64,000 nucleotides of DNA from assembly GCA_965240325.2 (NCBI GenBank), contig OZ251249.1:558001-622000 (forward strand), read 5' to 3'. This stretch comes from Rebecca billardiae RCC1528 (Eukaryota; Protista; Haptophyta). Made by a program: the position numbers and the translations under genes. The notes beneath the pieces are model-generated. The model was not told the DNA's origin and ran no database searches. It was given only the letters and a program-made list of their open reading frames with translations. This document shows positions 9,154 to 21,567 of the stretch, one piece after another. Position 1 is the first letter of the stretch, and the number at the start of each line of letters is the position of its first letter.

Positions 9154-11874
9154 TCATGCAGACAAGGGGTCGGTTGCCAGTGTCAACGAGCTCTCGCCAC
9201 CCACGCTGTCCTCGCGCGTACGCCCGGGCGCGCCGTCGCGCCCGCTGCCGCTCGGCGGGCCGCACGCAGCCGCGCCGTCCGCGCCGCCGCCCGCCTCCGC
9301 GCCCGTCACCGGCCGAGCGGCCGCCGGCGCCAGCGCCGACGCCGCGCCGGCGGCGAGGCCCTGCGCGGGCGGCGGCGCGAGCCTGCCGCTGGCGTTGACC
9401 GAGCACATCGGCGAGGGCGCGCCCTGGCTCGCGCCCCCCGGCGCCGCCACCGGCCCGAGCGCGGGCGAGCGCGGCATCGGCGACGAGAGGGTACACGAGG
9501 AGAACGAGGGCGAGGCCGAGCCGTCGGAGGTGGAGCTGAGGCGCGCGCGGCCGGCGGAGGCGCGCTTGGACGAGCCGCCGCCGCGCTCGGCGGTGGGCGT
9601 GCGGTCGGAGCCGCGCCCCCTGCGGCCGTGCGACGACGAGTGCACGCCGCCGGGTATCAGTCCCGTCAGCCCCCGTCCCTCGGCCTCGCCGCGCGCGCCC
9701 CGCGCCCGCACCAGCGCAACAAACACCGACCGGAGCTTCTCGTTGAAGCGGTCAAAGCCGCCAAAGCCGGCCTCGATCGTCATCAGCAGCCGCTCCTGGT
9801 CGGAGGACAGGAGGCACGACGCGGCGCGCGCGTCGAACGCCTCGAAGTGGCGCACCCACGCCGCCTGCTCGGCGGCGAGCGCCAGCGCGTCCGCCTCGCC
9901 GCCCTCGGCGGCGGCGAGCTTGCCCGTCACCGGGCAGCCTGCCGCGGGCGGCTGCGGCGCGGGCGCGCGCTTGGCGCTCTCTGTGGCCTGCGGCACGCCC
10001 GCGCTCGCCTCCGCCGCGGCCGCCTCCACGCTCCGATCGAGGCACGGCAGCGTGCGCAGCTTGATCTGCTTGAGCTGCCCGCCCATCTCCAGGAACGTGT
10101 ACAGCTCAATCACGCACCACAGGCGCGAGAGGTAGCTCTTGCCGCACACGCACAGCAGCTCGTTGCACCCGGCCAGGAAGACGGGGAGGCAGGTGAGGTT
10201 TGCCTCGATCTGGGATTGGTCGATGCACACCTGCGGCGCGGCGCGGCGGCGCGGGCGGCGGGCGGGCGCGTGGGCGCACGGCGCGCGGGCGCCGCGCACG
10301 CAACAGCTGCACGCGCGCGCACACACCGCGGCCGCGGTCGCATTCGCCACAGCGCGCGCGCGCACACACACACCTTGTCGATCCAGACGGTGGGCTCCCT
10401 GCCGTGCTCCTGCACGAACAGCCGGCGCCACGCCTGCAGCTCCTCCCACTTGCCGCGCGGGTCATCGCGCCAGCTGCGGGCGCGCGCGCGCACAAGGGCG
10501 AGGAGGGGGCGGGTCGGCGGGCCGCGCTGCGCGCGCGGACGCACGGCTCTCACGGCGGCGGCGCGCCCGAGCGCGGCGCTCGCGCGGGCGGCGCGCGGCG
10601 CGCGCGCACGAGTGCGAGACGAACGCGTCGACGTGTCCGAAGCGCGCGGGTTGCGAGAGCCGGGCGTACAGCTCGGGGTTGGGCACGCCGTCGCGCATCT
10701 CCTCGTACTGCAGCTCGCACAGCCGCACGCAGCGGAACAGCGCCGCGGCCGTCTCCTGCACGGCCGCGGCCTCGCGCCCGCCGAGCAGCGCGGCGAGCCC
10801 GGCGGCGGTGGAGAGCTGCTCGCCGCGCGCGGCCATCCAGGCCTGCACGCGCACGCGCATGCTGGTGTGCACGAGCACGAACCCGATCCCCATCCCCGAC
10901 ACCGCCGTGAGCAGCGCGATCAGCCAGTGCATGGCCCAGTCAAGGCCGCCGCCCGCGCTGAACTTGATCAGTCGCGCGCCCGCCGACGCGCCGAGGTACG
11001 CGATCTCGAGGAGGCCGACGTGGAAGAAGGTGAGGCCGTGCGCGGCCCACTGCAGGTCGAGGCGCGCGCGCGTCGAGAAGTCGAGCGCGCGGTAGTAGCA
11101 CAGCTTCGCCACCGCCACGCTCGCGACGAGTGCCTGCGCGCCGCGCAGCGCGACGTCCACCGCAGCCCACCAGCACGGCACGGCCATGCCCATGGTCTGC
11201 GCGCACTTGAGCTCGGCGGGGTCGGGGCCGACGCCGTGGCTCACGTCCTCGCACTCCTCCGCGCGCATCGTGCGCGCGCCGAACATGCACACGCCGCCCG
11301 GCTGCGGCGGCAGCTCGTCAACGTCCATCGACGTCTTGCCCAGCACCGCAAACGCAAACAGCGCCCACGCGCACGCGCCGACGACGAGCGCGCGGCGGAC
11401 GAGGCGGTCGTCGGTTGGGAGCATGGAGAGGAGGACGAGCAGCGCGCCGAGCGGCGCGCCGACGAACGAGGCGCCCGCGTACAGCCCGCCCTTCAGGCCG
11501 GCGAGCGCGACGCCCGCCACCACCGACGCGAGGAGCAGCCCGAGCCCGCCCCAGTAGAGCGGGAGCTGGACGCGCACGCGGAACTGCTGCCCGACGCGGT
11601 GCGCCTCGTCGAGGCGCATGCGGATGTGCTTCTCCTGGCAGTGCGCGGGCATCGCCTCGCCCGGCCGCGCGGGCGGCGAGCCGATCCCATGCCCGACGCC
11701 CTCGTCCACCGGGCCGACCGCGCTCGAGCGGCGGCGCGAAGAGAGCCGGCTGCTCATCGCGTGCAGCACGCGGCCCGACATCTTGCGCACGAGCGAGCTG
11801 CCCGGCGCGCCGAATGCGGTGGGCGGGTCGTCGCCCGTCGCGCCCGCGCTCGCGCGGCGAGGCGGGCTGCCCAT
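9154..11874 (-). CDS. Multi-pass membrane protein with a C-terminal TIR-like domain (3 exons)
   Basis: Introns 10474-10609 and 10231-10373 (GT-AG) join DAFVSHSW-RDDPRGKW...VWIDK-VCIDQ...LPVFLAGCNELLCVCGKSYLSRLWCVIEL, which matches the TIR-like FxSH...D...S/RxWCxxEL pattern. Several hydrophobic helices lie upstream. Confidence 0.75.
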
Positions 11875-12309
11875 GGTGCACTCCTCTTGATCACGACGAC
11901 TATCTACAAGCCGTCCGTGCGAGCACGGTGCACGGTGCACCACCCACCTTCTGTTTATGGGCAAGATGCGGGTACGAGTGGGTGATGCACGCAGCCAATC
12001 ATAGCTCGTCTCGACTCTTTGACTCCGCCGTTCATCAGTTGCGACTATTTGCGAGTGTGAGACTCGGAGAAGCGGCGGCCAATCTCGGTCCGGTGCGCCA
12101 AGCGTCGTCGCATTATTTTCCGGTCACGACGTGCTGGCGGTGCGCAATTCCGTTACATGTCGTTTCACGATCATCTACGGACTCGGAGCGACTGACTTTT
12201 CGCGGCGCCGCGCGGCAGGGCACGCGCGGCGGGCGGCCGGGCGGCTGGGCAGCACCGAGCGCCCCGCCCCCCACCAGGCCGCGCCGCGCGCGCCCCCCCC
12301 CCCCCCTCC

Positions 12310-13058
12310 TCAGTGCCCCATCACCTCCTGCACCGCCTGCAGGATCACATGATTATAGTGCGCCGCGTAGAGCCGCGAGTTGCGCTGCGTGACCGCCGCG
12401 ACCCCCTCCCAGAGCTCGCTCACCTCGGCGGACATGAAGCCGACGCCGCCGAGGCCGGCGGTGGCGGCCGCGAGCGCGGCGGAGATGCGCTCGTCCGCGC
12501 GCGCGTGCGCGGGCCGAGCCGCCAGCGCCGCGCCCTCCTCCTCCTCCTCCTCCTCCTCCTCGGAGTCGTCCGCGCCGCCGCCGCCGCCGCCGCCGGCGGC
12601 GCGCGCGACGGCCGCGTCGGCGCGCGCCGCGGCCGCGGCCGCCGCGGACGGCGGCGCGGCGGCGTCGCGCGCGCGGCGTGCGGCGGCGCGCGCGGCGGGC
12701 GCGGGCGGCGGCGGCGGCGGCTCCGCGTGCGCGAGCGCGTGCGCGCGCACCGCCGCCTCCAGCCGCCGCGCCACGGACGCAAACAACGGATCTGCCTGGG
12801 TGTACTTGCCTTCGACCGCGGCGGCAAGCTGGCGGCCGGCGGGCTGCGCGCGCGCCGTCGGCACGCCGTGCGCGAGGAGCAGCCGCGTGAGGAGCGCGCC
12901 GACGCGGCGGGCGCACAGCGCGAGCGAGGGCGGCGGCAGTGCGCACAGCTCGACCAGCGAGGGCGGCGACGCGTCCGAGCCGCCGCGCGGCGAGTCCGCC
13001 GCCGCGTGAGAGCGGAGTGACGCCGACGCGGGCCCGCCGACGCCGGCGGCAAGGGTGG

Positions 13059-13095
<37 letters not shown>

Positions 13096-15603
13096 GATCG
13101 CGGCGGTGCCGTTGGCGCCGGCGGCGGAGACGGGGACGGAGGACGAGACGCCGGCGAACGCGCGGATGCACTCCGCCTTGAGCTGCGCGACCTCCGCCGT
13201 CGAGCGCACCACCACGCCCTCCGCCGCGCACGCCGCGCGCATGCGCAGCAGCGTCACCGCCACTCGGCACGAGAGCACGGCCGAGCGCTGCAGCGCCGTC
13301 ACGTCGGCGGACTCGAAGCGGAGCGTCTCCGGCAGCCCGGACGGGTCGGTGGGCACCGACACCGAGTCGCCCGACGTGCGCGAGAACGCCAGGTGCGCCA
13401 GCGCGCACTGCAGCAGCGCCTCGTACGCATACGATCGCCCAGCGGACAGCGCGCTGAGGTCGACGTGGGGGGAGGCGACGGAGGGCGGCGCGCCCGGCGG
13501 CGGGGCGGGCGCGGCGGGCGCGGCGCCGCGCGGCGCGGGGCCCGGGCCGCCCGCGCCGGGCTGAGCCACCGCCACCACCGCCGCCGCTGCGGCTGCGGCT
13601 GCCGCGGGCGGCGCGGCGCGCGACGGCGACGCGGGCGCCGCCGAGCGTGACGCCGTGCTACGCGACCAGAGAGACAGCGAGGTGGAGGCGTCGGCGGAGG
13701 TGCGGGCGACGCCGATGGCGGCGGCGGCCGCGACGGCGGAGCCGCTCGGGAGGCGCGGCGGGAGCCGGCCGGCGGCGACGGCGGCGATCGGGCCGGTGGC
13801 GATGGCGGCGCCGCCGGGCGCGGCGGAGGCGCCGCCGCCGCCCGCCGCGCGCGCCGCCTCGGCGTGTGCGCGCGCCGCGCCGCCGCCCGCCGCCGCCGCC
13901 GCCGCGCCCGCCGCCGCCGCCGGCCGTGCCGCCGCCGCGGCCGCGCCCGCCGGCGGCGCGCGGCCCGCCGCCGCCCCGCCCGCCGCCGCCCCCGACGCCG
14001 CGAGCGACAGCTCCCGCAGCACCGCCTCCCGCGCATACGTGGCCGTGCCAGCCAGGTTGAGCTCTCCCGAGTGTAACAGCTCATCGAAGCGGTCTCGCTC
14101 CAGTCGGTCTGCGCGCGCGGCGGCGGCGGGGTGCGGGGGCGTGCGTGGGGTGTGTGTGTGGGCCGGCGGCGTGGGGGGGGGGGGGGCGAGCGCGCGCGCG
14201 CGCGGCGGAGCGGCGCGGCGGGCACTCGCCCCACCGTCTCACCCCGCTCCGCAGCGCTCGGCAGCGCACGCGCGCGCAGACGCGCTCGGGCGCGCGCACG
14301 CGCACACGCACGCACCGGCGTCATTCATCAGCACGGCGCGCGCGGCCTGCAGGTGGAAGTGGGCGATGTCGGAGCGGATGTCGTCGATGCAGCCGAAGAG
14401 GAACTCGAAGATGTCGGGGATCAGGTGGTGCAGCTGCTCGGCGTCGGCGTGCGCAAGCGCGGACGAGCCCGCGCCGCTCCGCGGGCGGCGCGCGGCCGCG
14501 CCGCTCGGCGCACGGCTGTCGCACGCGCGCAGCCGAGGCAGCATGGCGTCGGCCCACGCCTGGACGGCCGCGTCGCGCGAGGGCGCCTGGAGCGCACGCA
14601 GCTGCGCGGCGGAGGAGGGCGGCGGCGGTGCGCGAGGGGCGCGCGCCGCTCAGCCCGCGTGTCAGCCGCGCGCAGTCCGCGGCGGCACGCGCGCCGCCAC
14701 ACACCACCACCGCTCGGCGCGCGCGCCGCATCGCGCCGCGCCCGGCGCGCGCCGCGCGCCGCGCGCGCACGCACCTTGTCCAACACGTACTCGACGATGT
14801 CGGCGAGCGCGTGCGCGTCGAGCGCGCCGTGCGCGAGCGCCTGCACGAGCAGCTGCAGGTCTATCCGCTCGTGCAGCTCCGCGCGCAGCTCAGGCCTGTG
14901 CGGCGCGAGCGCCGCCAGCGCGTCCCGGAGCTCAGACGTGAGCGCCAGCACGCGCAGGTAGCGGCCTCGGCACATGTCGGCGGAGAGGACTTCCCAGAAG
15001 TTGGAGCGGCCGCTGCCGGCGGAGGCGGGGCCGTGCTGCGTGCCGATGCTCACGGAGGACGACGACGACGGCGCCGCGCCCGCGCCCGCCGCGCCGCCGC
15101 TCTGCCGCCGCGCGGACGTGGCGCGGCGCGCCGTTAGCGAACCGCCGCCGCCGCCGTGCGAGCCGACGCCCGCCGCCGCCACGCTGCTGCGCTCGGCCGA
15201 GGCGGAGGCCGAGGCGCGCGCGGGCGGCGGCGGCGGCGCGGCGGCAGCGGACGCGCTCGCGAAGCCGCGGCTCGACGGCGCCGACGCCGCCACGCCCGCG
15301 CCCGCCGGCTGCGGCGGCGCGCCCGCGCCCTCAAGCGCGGCAGCGCCGGCGCCCACCCCGCCGGCGGGCGCGGACGGCGCGCCGCCGCGCTTGGCGGAGT
15401 GCAGGCTGCTTCGGCGCAGCAGGCCGGGCCGCGCGGAGCCGCCGGCGCCGCCGCGGCTGCGCGGCCCGTCCGACGCCGCCGGCTCCGCCGCGCCCTGCTG
15501 CGCCGCGGACGCGGCGGAGGTGGCCCGCCGGGGCGGCGCGGCGGAGAGGGCGGCGGCGACCGAGCCGTGTCCTGCGCCCGAGGCGGCCGCGACAGGCACG
15601 CCC

Positions 15604-15634
<31 letters not shown>

Positions 15635-17510
15635 CGGCGCTCTGCGCAAAGGCGGCGGCGACCGACCGTCCGCCGTCCGCGTCGGCGCCGCCCGCCCCGC
15701 CCGCCCCGCCGGCGTGGCCGCCCTCCCCGCCCGCGTCGGCCTCGGCCGCGAGCGCCGCGGCCGCGCGGCGCCGCACTGCGAGAACGGGCCGCAGCGGCGG
15801 TGTGAGTGCGCCGCGCAGCAGCAGCTGCTCGACGGCGCCCTGCACGGCCTGCAGCGTGCGCAGCGCGGCCGCGGCGCGCTCGGCACGCTCGCTGGCGGCG
15901 GCCGCCGCCGGCGTCGAGTCCAACCCGCCGCCGCCGCCGCCAGCCAAGCCGCCGCCCCCACCGCCCGTACGCACCGGCGCGTAGGACTGCGCAGGCGGTG
16001 CTGCAAAGGTGAGCCAGTTGCGAAGGAAGCGCTGGCCGCGCGTGCACGCGATGTAGAGCGTGGAGAGCGCGTCCTCGTCGACGCGCAGCGCCATCGCCGC
16101 GCGCGCGCCCGTGCCCGCCGCGCTGCGCGGCGAGGCGAGCCCGTCCGCCGCGCCGGCCTCATCCTCCGCAGCCGCCTCCGAGCCCGCGGCGGCGGCGGCC
16201 GCGCGCGGCGAGGGCGGCGCGTCCGCGCCGCCGTCCGCGCCGTCCGCGGCGGGCGGGGGCGGGCCGCAGCAAAGAAGCACCGTCGCGACGAGCACCGCGT
16301 CCGCCGGCGCGTGCGCCGCCGCGGCCGCCGCGACGAACCGCGCCTCCGAGAGCTCGTCGGCGCGCGCCGCTCTGGCGGCCGCCGCGGCACCCGCGCCCGC
16401 GGCGCCACTGCCCGCCGCGGCGCCGCCCGCGCCCGCGGCGGAGGAGGCGAGCGCCTCGACGGCGCGCGTGCTGCGCGCGCCGTCGGCGCCCGCCGCGCCG
16501 TGCGCGAGCCCCGCGGCGCCCACCACCGCGCCGAGCGGCAGCTGCATCAGCGAGGCGACCACCGCCGGCGCCGCGCCCCACGTCGCGCACAGCAGTCCGT
16601 ACCCGGCAGCGAGGGCGGTCTCACGGTCGGCGGCGCGCGCAAACGAGGCGGACGCGGACGCGTCGCCGGGCGCGGCGTCGGGCTCGGACTCGAAGGAGGC
16701 GCTGTCCAGGCTCTCGTACTCGGCGGCCGACGCGGCGATCGCGCGCGCGCGCTCCGCGCTCGCGCCGCCGCGCTCGCGCCACGCCGCGTCCGCCTCCGAC
16801 GCGGCCGTGGCAGCCGAGTCACCTTGGCCGCCGGAGCCGGCGGTGCCGTCCGGCGGCGCGCGCCCGCCCTCGCCGAGGCGCGGCTCGTCGCGATCGTACC
16901 GGCCGGCGTCGTGGTGGTAGAGCTCGTCGTACGCCGCGCCGTACGCGCGTGCGAACCCGAACGCCCCGCCGCCGTCCTCCTCCTCGTCCTCGTCGTCGTC
17001 GTCCGCGCCGCCGTCAGGGTCTGAGCCGCCGCGGTCACTCGCGTAGCCGTCGTCGTCGTCGACGGTTGAGGCGTCGTCGTACGTGCCGAGCAGCCCGACG
17101 TCGCCGATGGCGCTGCCGGCACGCCAGTCCGAGCCGGCGGCGGACCTGCGCGCGGGCGGAGCGCGCGGGGCGCGGGCGGTGTGTGTGTGAGCGCACTGGC
17201 CTAAGCGCTCGGGGCTTGCGCGCGCGCGCGCGCGCGCGCTCGGGCGCGTAGGCGCGTAGGCGCGCGGCGGGCGCGCGCACATGTTGTCATCCGACTCGAT
17301 CACGTCGCTCAGCGCGGGCGGCGGCGGCGGCGCCAGCGCGAGGCGCGACGCCGCGACGTCGTCGACGCCGATGCCGAGGGCCTCCTCCTCATCGACCTCG
17401 CGCGCTTCGGAGGCGTCGGCGTACGAGTCGACGAGCGACTCGTCGTCGTCGATCTCGAGCGCGCCACTCACGCCCCGCCGAGATCTCGGCGCGCTTCCGG
17501 AAGTCGCCAT
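12310..17510 (-). CDS. T-complex protein 11 (TCP11/SOK1)-domain protein with long low-complexity regions
   Basis: ATG at 17510; introns 17146-17280, 14602-14774 and 14109-14315. Spliced motifs NFWEVL...ELRDAL...IDLQLLVQ...LQAPSRD...DIRSDIAHFHL...LERDRF...LPETLRFE follow the TCP11 family pattern. Confidence 0.78.
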
Positions 17511-18396
17511 GGGAGCCGCGCGGCCGTCGCTTGCGCCCGCGCCTCGCCCCTCCCTCCGGGGCTGCTCAAGGTCACGGCCAATGGCTCTTGCGGGCCTGCT
17601 TGGTTTAGGAGCGCGGGTAAATGCCCCAAGCCATTCGATGACGTTACCGCGCGTCGGCTTGGTGCGCCGCGCTGGCTTGGGTAACGACATGCAAAGGCAC
17701 GCACGGCTAGCTGATGGGGCCCCAAACCCGGCTTTGGACGTCAAGTGGCCAACTGCCGACCCGGACGACTCGCTATATTGGTGCGCGATGAGGTCCGATC
17801 GTGCCGTTCGACGCGCAAATGTTCGCCCTAGCGGTTCAAGACGGGTGCCTGCAGCCGGTGTCGGCATCAACGTCGCCCCGGTCGGTGCGAGCCAATGCGA
17901 GAACACGGGAGGCTAGGTGACCGAGTGTTGCCACGAGACTAGAGTGGCGGTCTGCAGCCCGTGCCTCTCGGAACGCAAATAACAAGCCCGGGCGGCCGGC
18001 GGCGCCCGCCGCGTGACCGAGCCGGCCCAGCCCGTGGGTCAACGCGGCTGCGGGTGGGCTGACTTGCACCGCAGAATAGTGCCACCGCTGTAGACGGTGA
18101 CCCGGACCGAGTGTCCGCTGCGGCTGCGGGCGGGCCTCCGGCCTCCCGGACTGCGGAGCGTGCGGGCCGTGCCCCGCGCGGAGCCACAATCACAGTCAGT
18201 TGAACCGAGTGATGACGGTAGTGCGAGTCTTGGTTTACGCCGTCGGATCCTCGGATATCCATACCGCGCCCCTGCGCCCGGGACTTGCGCGGCATGCGCT
18301 GCCATGTGGCCCGGCTAACTCCGCCTACTAGGCTAGGACGTCGTCGTAGTCGGAATCACCGACGGACACCGAATCGTCCGAATCATCCGCGAATCA

Positions 18397-20678
18397 TCAT
18401 GGATTCATGGGCTCCACCGACTGCCCACACCGCCGCCGCCGGGGCGGCGACAGGCTGATGGGCGCGCCGAGCAGCCCGCCGCCGAGCTGATAGTGAAGCG
18501 GCGGCTCTGCAGTCGCCATGGGCGCAGAGCCGGCATGATGGGCATCGTCTGCTGCCACTCCAGGCAGCCCGCCCACCGCAGCCAGCGCCAGCGCCACGTC
18601 GGAGCGATGCCGCTTCAGTGCCTCCTCGGCGCTGCCACTGGCCCTGATGCTGCCCGGGCCGCTTTTGCGCCGTGGGCCCATAGCCGGCGATGTGGTGAGC
18701 GAGCCGTCCAGCCGCGGCCCTCTTCGCACCAGCGCGGTGGGCGAGCACGCCGAGGTGCGCGGCTTCCTCAAGGACGGCAGCGGCGACAGGCTGCCCGGCG
18801 TCGCCGAGTCAGCGGGGGTCGTGCCGCCGCCGGCCTCGTCGGCCACCGCGGCCGCCACGACGCCCGCCTCATGCTCATCACAGCTCCACGCGAGGGGGCA
18901 GCGCGCCTCGTGCAGCGCGCGCAGCTGCATGCGCGTCTTCTCGAAATCCGAGGCGCGCACGAGCGTGTGCCAGTCGAGCGCCTGCAGCACCGCCGCCTCG
19001 TGCTGCTGCAGCTGCTCGGAGTCGCAGTCCCACATCTGCAGCCGGGAAGCCAGCTGGTTGAGGGTGGGCGGCGCGTCGGCTGCGCGGCGCGGCGCGACGT
19101 GGCGCGAGCGGTGGGGCGGCGCGCGGCGGCGCGCGGCGGGCGTGACGGGTGAGCCGCGCGCACGCGGCGGCGAGCGCGCGCGTGGCGTGTGTCGCGATGC
19201 CGCGGGCTGCGCGCACAGTGGTGTGCCTTCACCGCGACCACCACCGCGCCGACCACGTTCTCGTGCCACTGCGCGCAGAGCGCACGCGCGCCCCAGCGCG
19301 CCCAGAGCCGCTCGAGCAGCAGCGCGGCGACCACGAGCAGCTGGTCGTCCAGGTCGAGCGTGAGCTTGAGCACCATCAGGAAGCGGTACGCAGACTCGGC
19401 GGAGGGCGGGGGGCACGCCTCGTCGGCATCCATGTCCGACATCGCCATCCCGCTGCTGCTCGCGCGCGCGCCGCGCGGATACACCAGACCGCTGCCGCTG
19501 CCCAAGCGCAGGATGGCGCCGCCCCCGCCGCCGCCGCCGTCGCTGCCGTCCTCCGCATCGCTGAGCAGCTCGTCGCAGCAGTCGTCACTCTCGTCGTCGA
19601 GGAGCATGCTGTGATCGTCGCGGGTGCACTCGCGCGCGTCGAGCGCGGGGAGCACACACCCTGCGCACGCGCACCCGGCGCCGGCACACGCGCCGCACCC
19701 TCGAGCTGCGACCGGCGCGTCGGTCGCAGCGGTGGCGGTCGCGCTCAGCCGGTGCGATCTCGCACTCGACGTGCTGCCAGCTGTCGCCGCTTCGGGCGCT
19801 GCGCCGCTGCTGAGCAGCTGGACGAGGAGGAGCGCGCAGCCCATGACGATGATGTGCGTCTCGATCTGGTCGGCGGGCACATCCGAAGAGACGCCCTCCT
19901 CGCGCGCACCTGGCTCACACTGCGACGGCAGCACGCCGCGCTGAGCCCGGCCCGTCGGGAGCATCTGCGGCGCGGCGCCACGCTTGGAGCGCACGCCGCT
20001 GCCGAGGGCCGCCGCGCTCGTGTCGCGGCTGGCCGGTGGCAAGCCCACGAGCGCCTCGACGTACCGCGAGGTACCCATCGCCTCGTCGAAGCTGCTCGCG
20101 TACTCGGCCAGCTCCCACGCGTCCGCTCCGCGCGGGAGCACGCCATCGATGCCGGGCGCCGAGCTGAGCGCCGCGCTGGTCGCGTGAGCACGCGTGCCGG
20201 GCGGCGCGGGCTCGGCGAGCAGCACGACGGAGAGCGGCCAACCACTCGAAAACAGCATGCGCACGAACATCACGGCGTTGCTCTGCGCGGCGAGCGGGCG
20301 CGGACAGGCCGGGGGGCAGAGGCAGGTTGGCGCGTGCGCGTGCGGCAGCGCGCGCGAGCGCGCACGAGGGCGTGGCGGCGCAGAAGGAGCGCGACGCACC
20401 TGCCAAGCGCCGACGTCGCAGAAGATGCGCGTGTACGCGACGCAGCCCTCGTCACGCACGTCCGCGTCGATCGCCTGGAGCGCGCACATGAACGAGCGCG
20501 CGACGTCGACCCGCGCAAAGCCAGCGGCGCGCAGCTTGGCCTCGGCGCTCGACGCCTCCTCTGCCGACGCGTCGCTGCAGACGAGCAGCGCGGTGGACTG
20601 CGTGCTCAGCGCCAGGAGCGACGAGCATGACCAACGGCGCGACGGCATCCCCACCACCAGCGTGGACCGCGCCGTCAT
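18397..20678 (-). CDS. Receiver-like domain + cyclin-box fusion protein, paralogue 1
   Basis: ATG at 20678; introns 20283-20399 and 19080-19216. Cyclin box LLVVAALLLERL...WHENVVGAVVVAVKAHHSD...LQQHEAAVLQALDWHTLV (cyclin Y/PHO80-like pattern). N-terminal ALLVCSD...LRAAGFARVDVA...AL...YTRIFCDV...FVRML...LSVVLLA...GIDGVLPR resembles a REC domain. Confidence 0.72.
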
Positions 20679-20973
20679 CGCCCGGGCTCGCGCAGGCGTT
20701 GGGTGGGATGCGTGCCTTGATGGGGAGGGAGCGTGTGACGTGTGAGTGTGGTTGATTATTTTGATGGCGGGCGAAACCACCTAATTGTACGGTTCCCACT
20801 GGCGGTAAGTATTAATCAAGATGAATACGTGAATCGTCGAGCCAGAGGGTTAGAATCATCTTAAACCACTGATGATTCAGGGTGGACCTCTATTGAGCAA
20901 ACTATGATGTGGAATCTTTTCATATTCGGCCTCACTCCGAAATAAACTCCCATGCTCGATCATGTGATGAATA

Positions 20974-21567
20974 CAGGTGGATACGGGCTAACTGGACACA
21001 GGGGCTATCTGGACACTCAGCGGGCGGCGGGCCTCGTGGCGAGGGCTCGTGGGCGAACGAGCACGAGCGCCCACTGGCGGGTCGCCACGACGGCGCACGA
21101 TGTTCGCTGAACTCACCTGGTCGTGAGACGTCGTCTGCGCACGCGCCAGGTCGCGCTTCTCGCCGCCTTCGCCTTGTTTCGTGAGTCCCGCGCACAAGGG
21201 CGAACGCCAGCGTTTCAAGCCGCAAGGCGCGTGCGCGGACTCAGGAAGGGCGGACTCCGAGGCAAGGCGCGGTTGCGCTGGCGTGGGTAGGTCCCAGAGC
21301 AACCGTCCGAGCCGCTGCACACGCTTTTCCTCCGCGCGCGCGTCTCTGAGCTCGATTCCCATGCCTCAGCCAGTGCCAGGGGCTAATTGGACAGTGCCAT
21401 TGCGGCCGCCACGCGCGGAGACGGGCCCGCAGCGCAGAAAGCGCGCTGCGGCGGAACTCCAGGGACCCCCTGAAGTCCGTCCCTGGCGCCCCTTCGACCC
21501 CAATGCTCCCAGGGAGGCCTCCGCGTGAGTTGGGTCGGCCACTGTCCAGATCACCCGTATCCACCTG
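20974..21567. mobile_element. 594-bp Tc1/mariner-type MITE with TA target duplication
   Basis: TA|CAGGTGGATACGGG (20974-20987)...CCCGTATCCACCTG|TA (21554-21567). The inverted match extends to about 25 bp with few mismatches, and GGGCTAxxTGGACA recurs internally at about 21002 and 21380. Confidence 0.85.

Noticed and set aside
9148-11985. 945-aa plus-strand ORF and similar Arg/Ala-rich ORFs (e.g. 26101-28812, 15156-17024, 50840-52228)
   Set aside because: Antisense shadows of real genes, caused by the scarcity of stop codons at very high GC.
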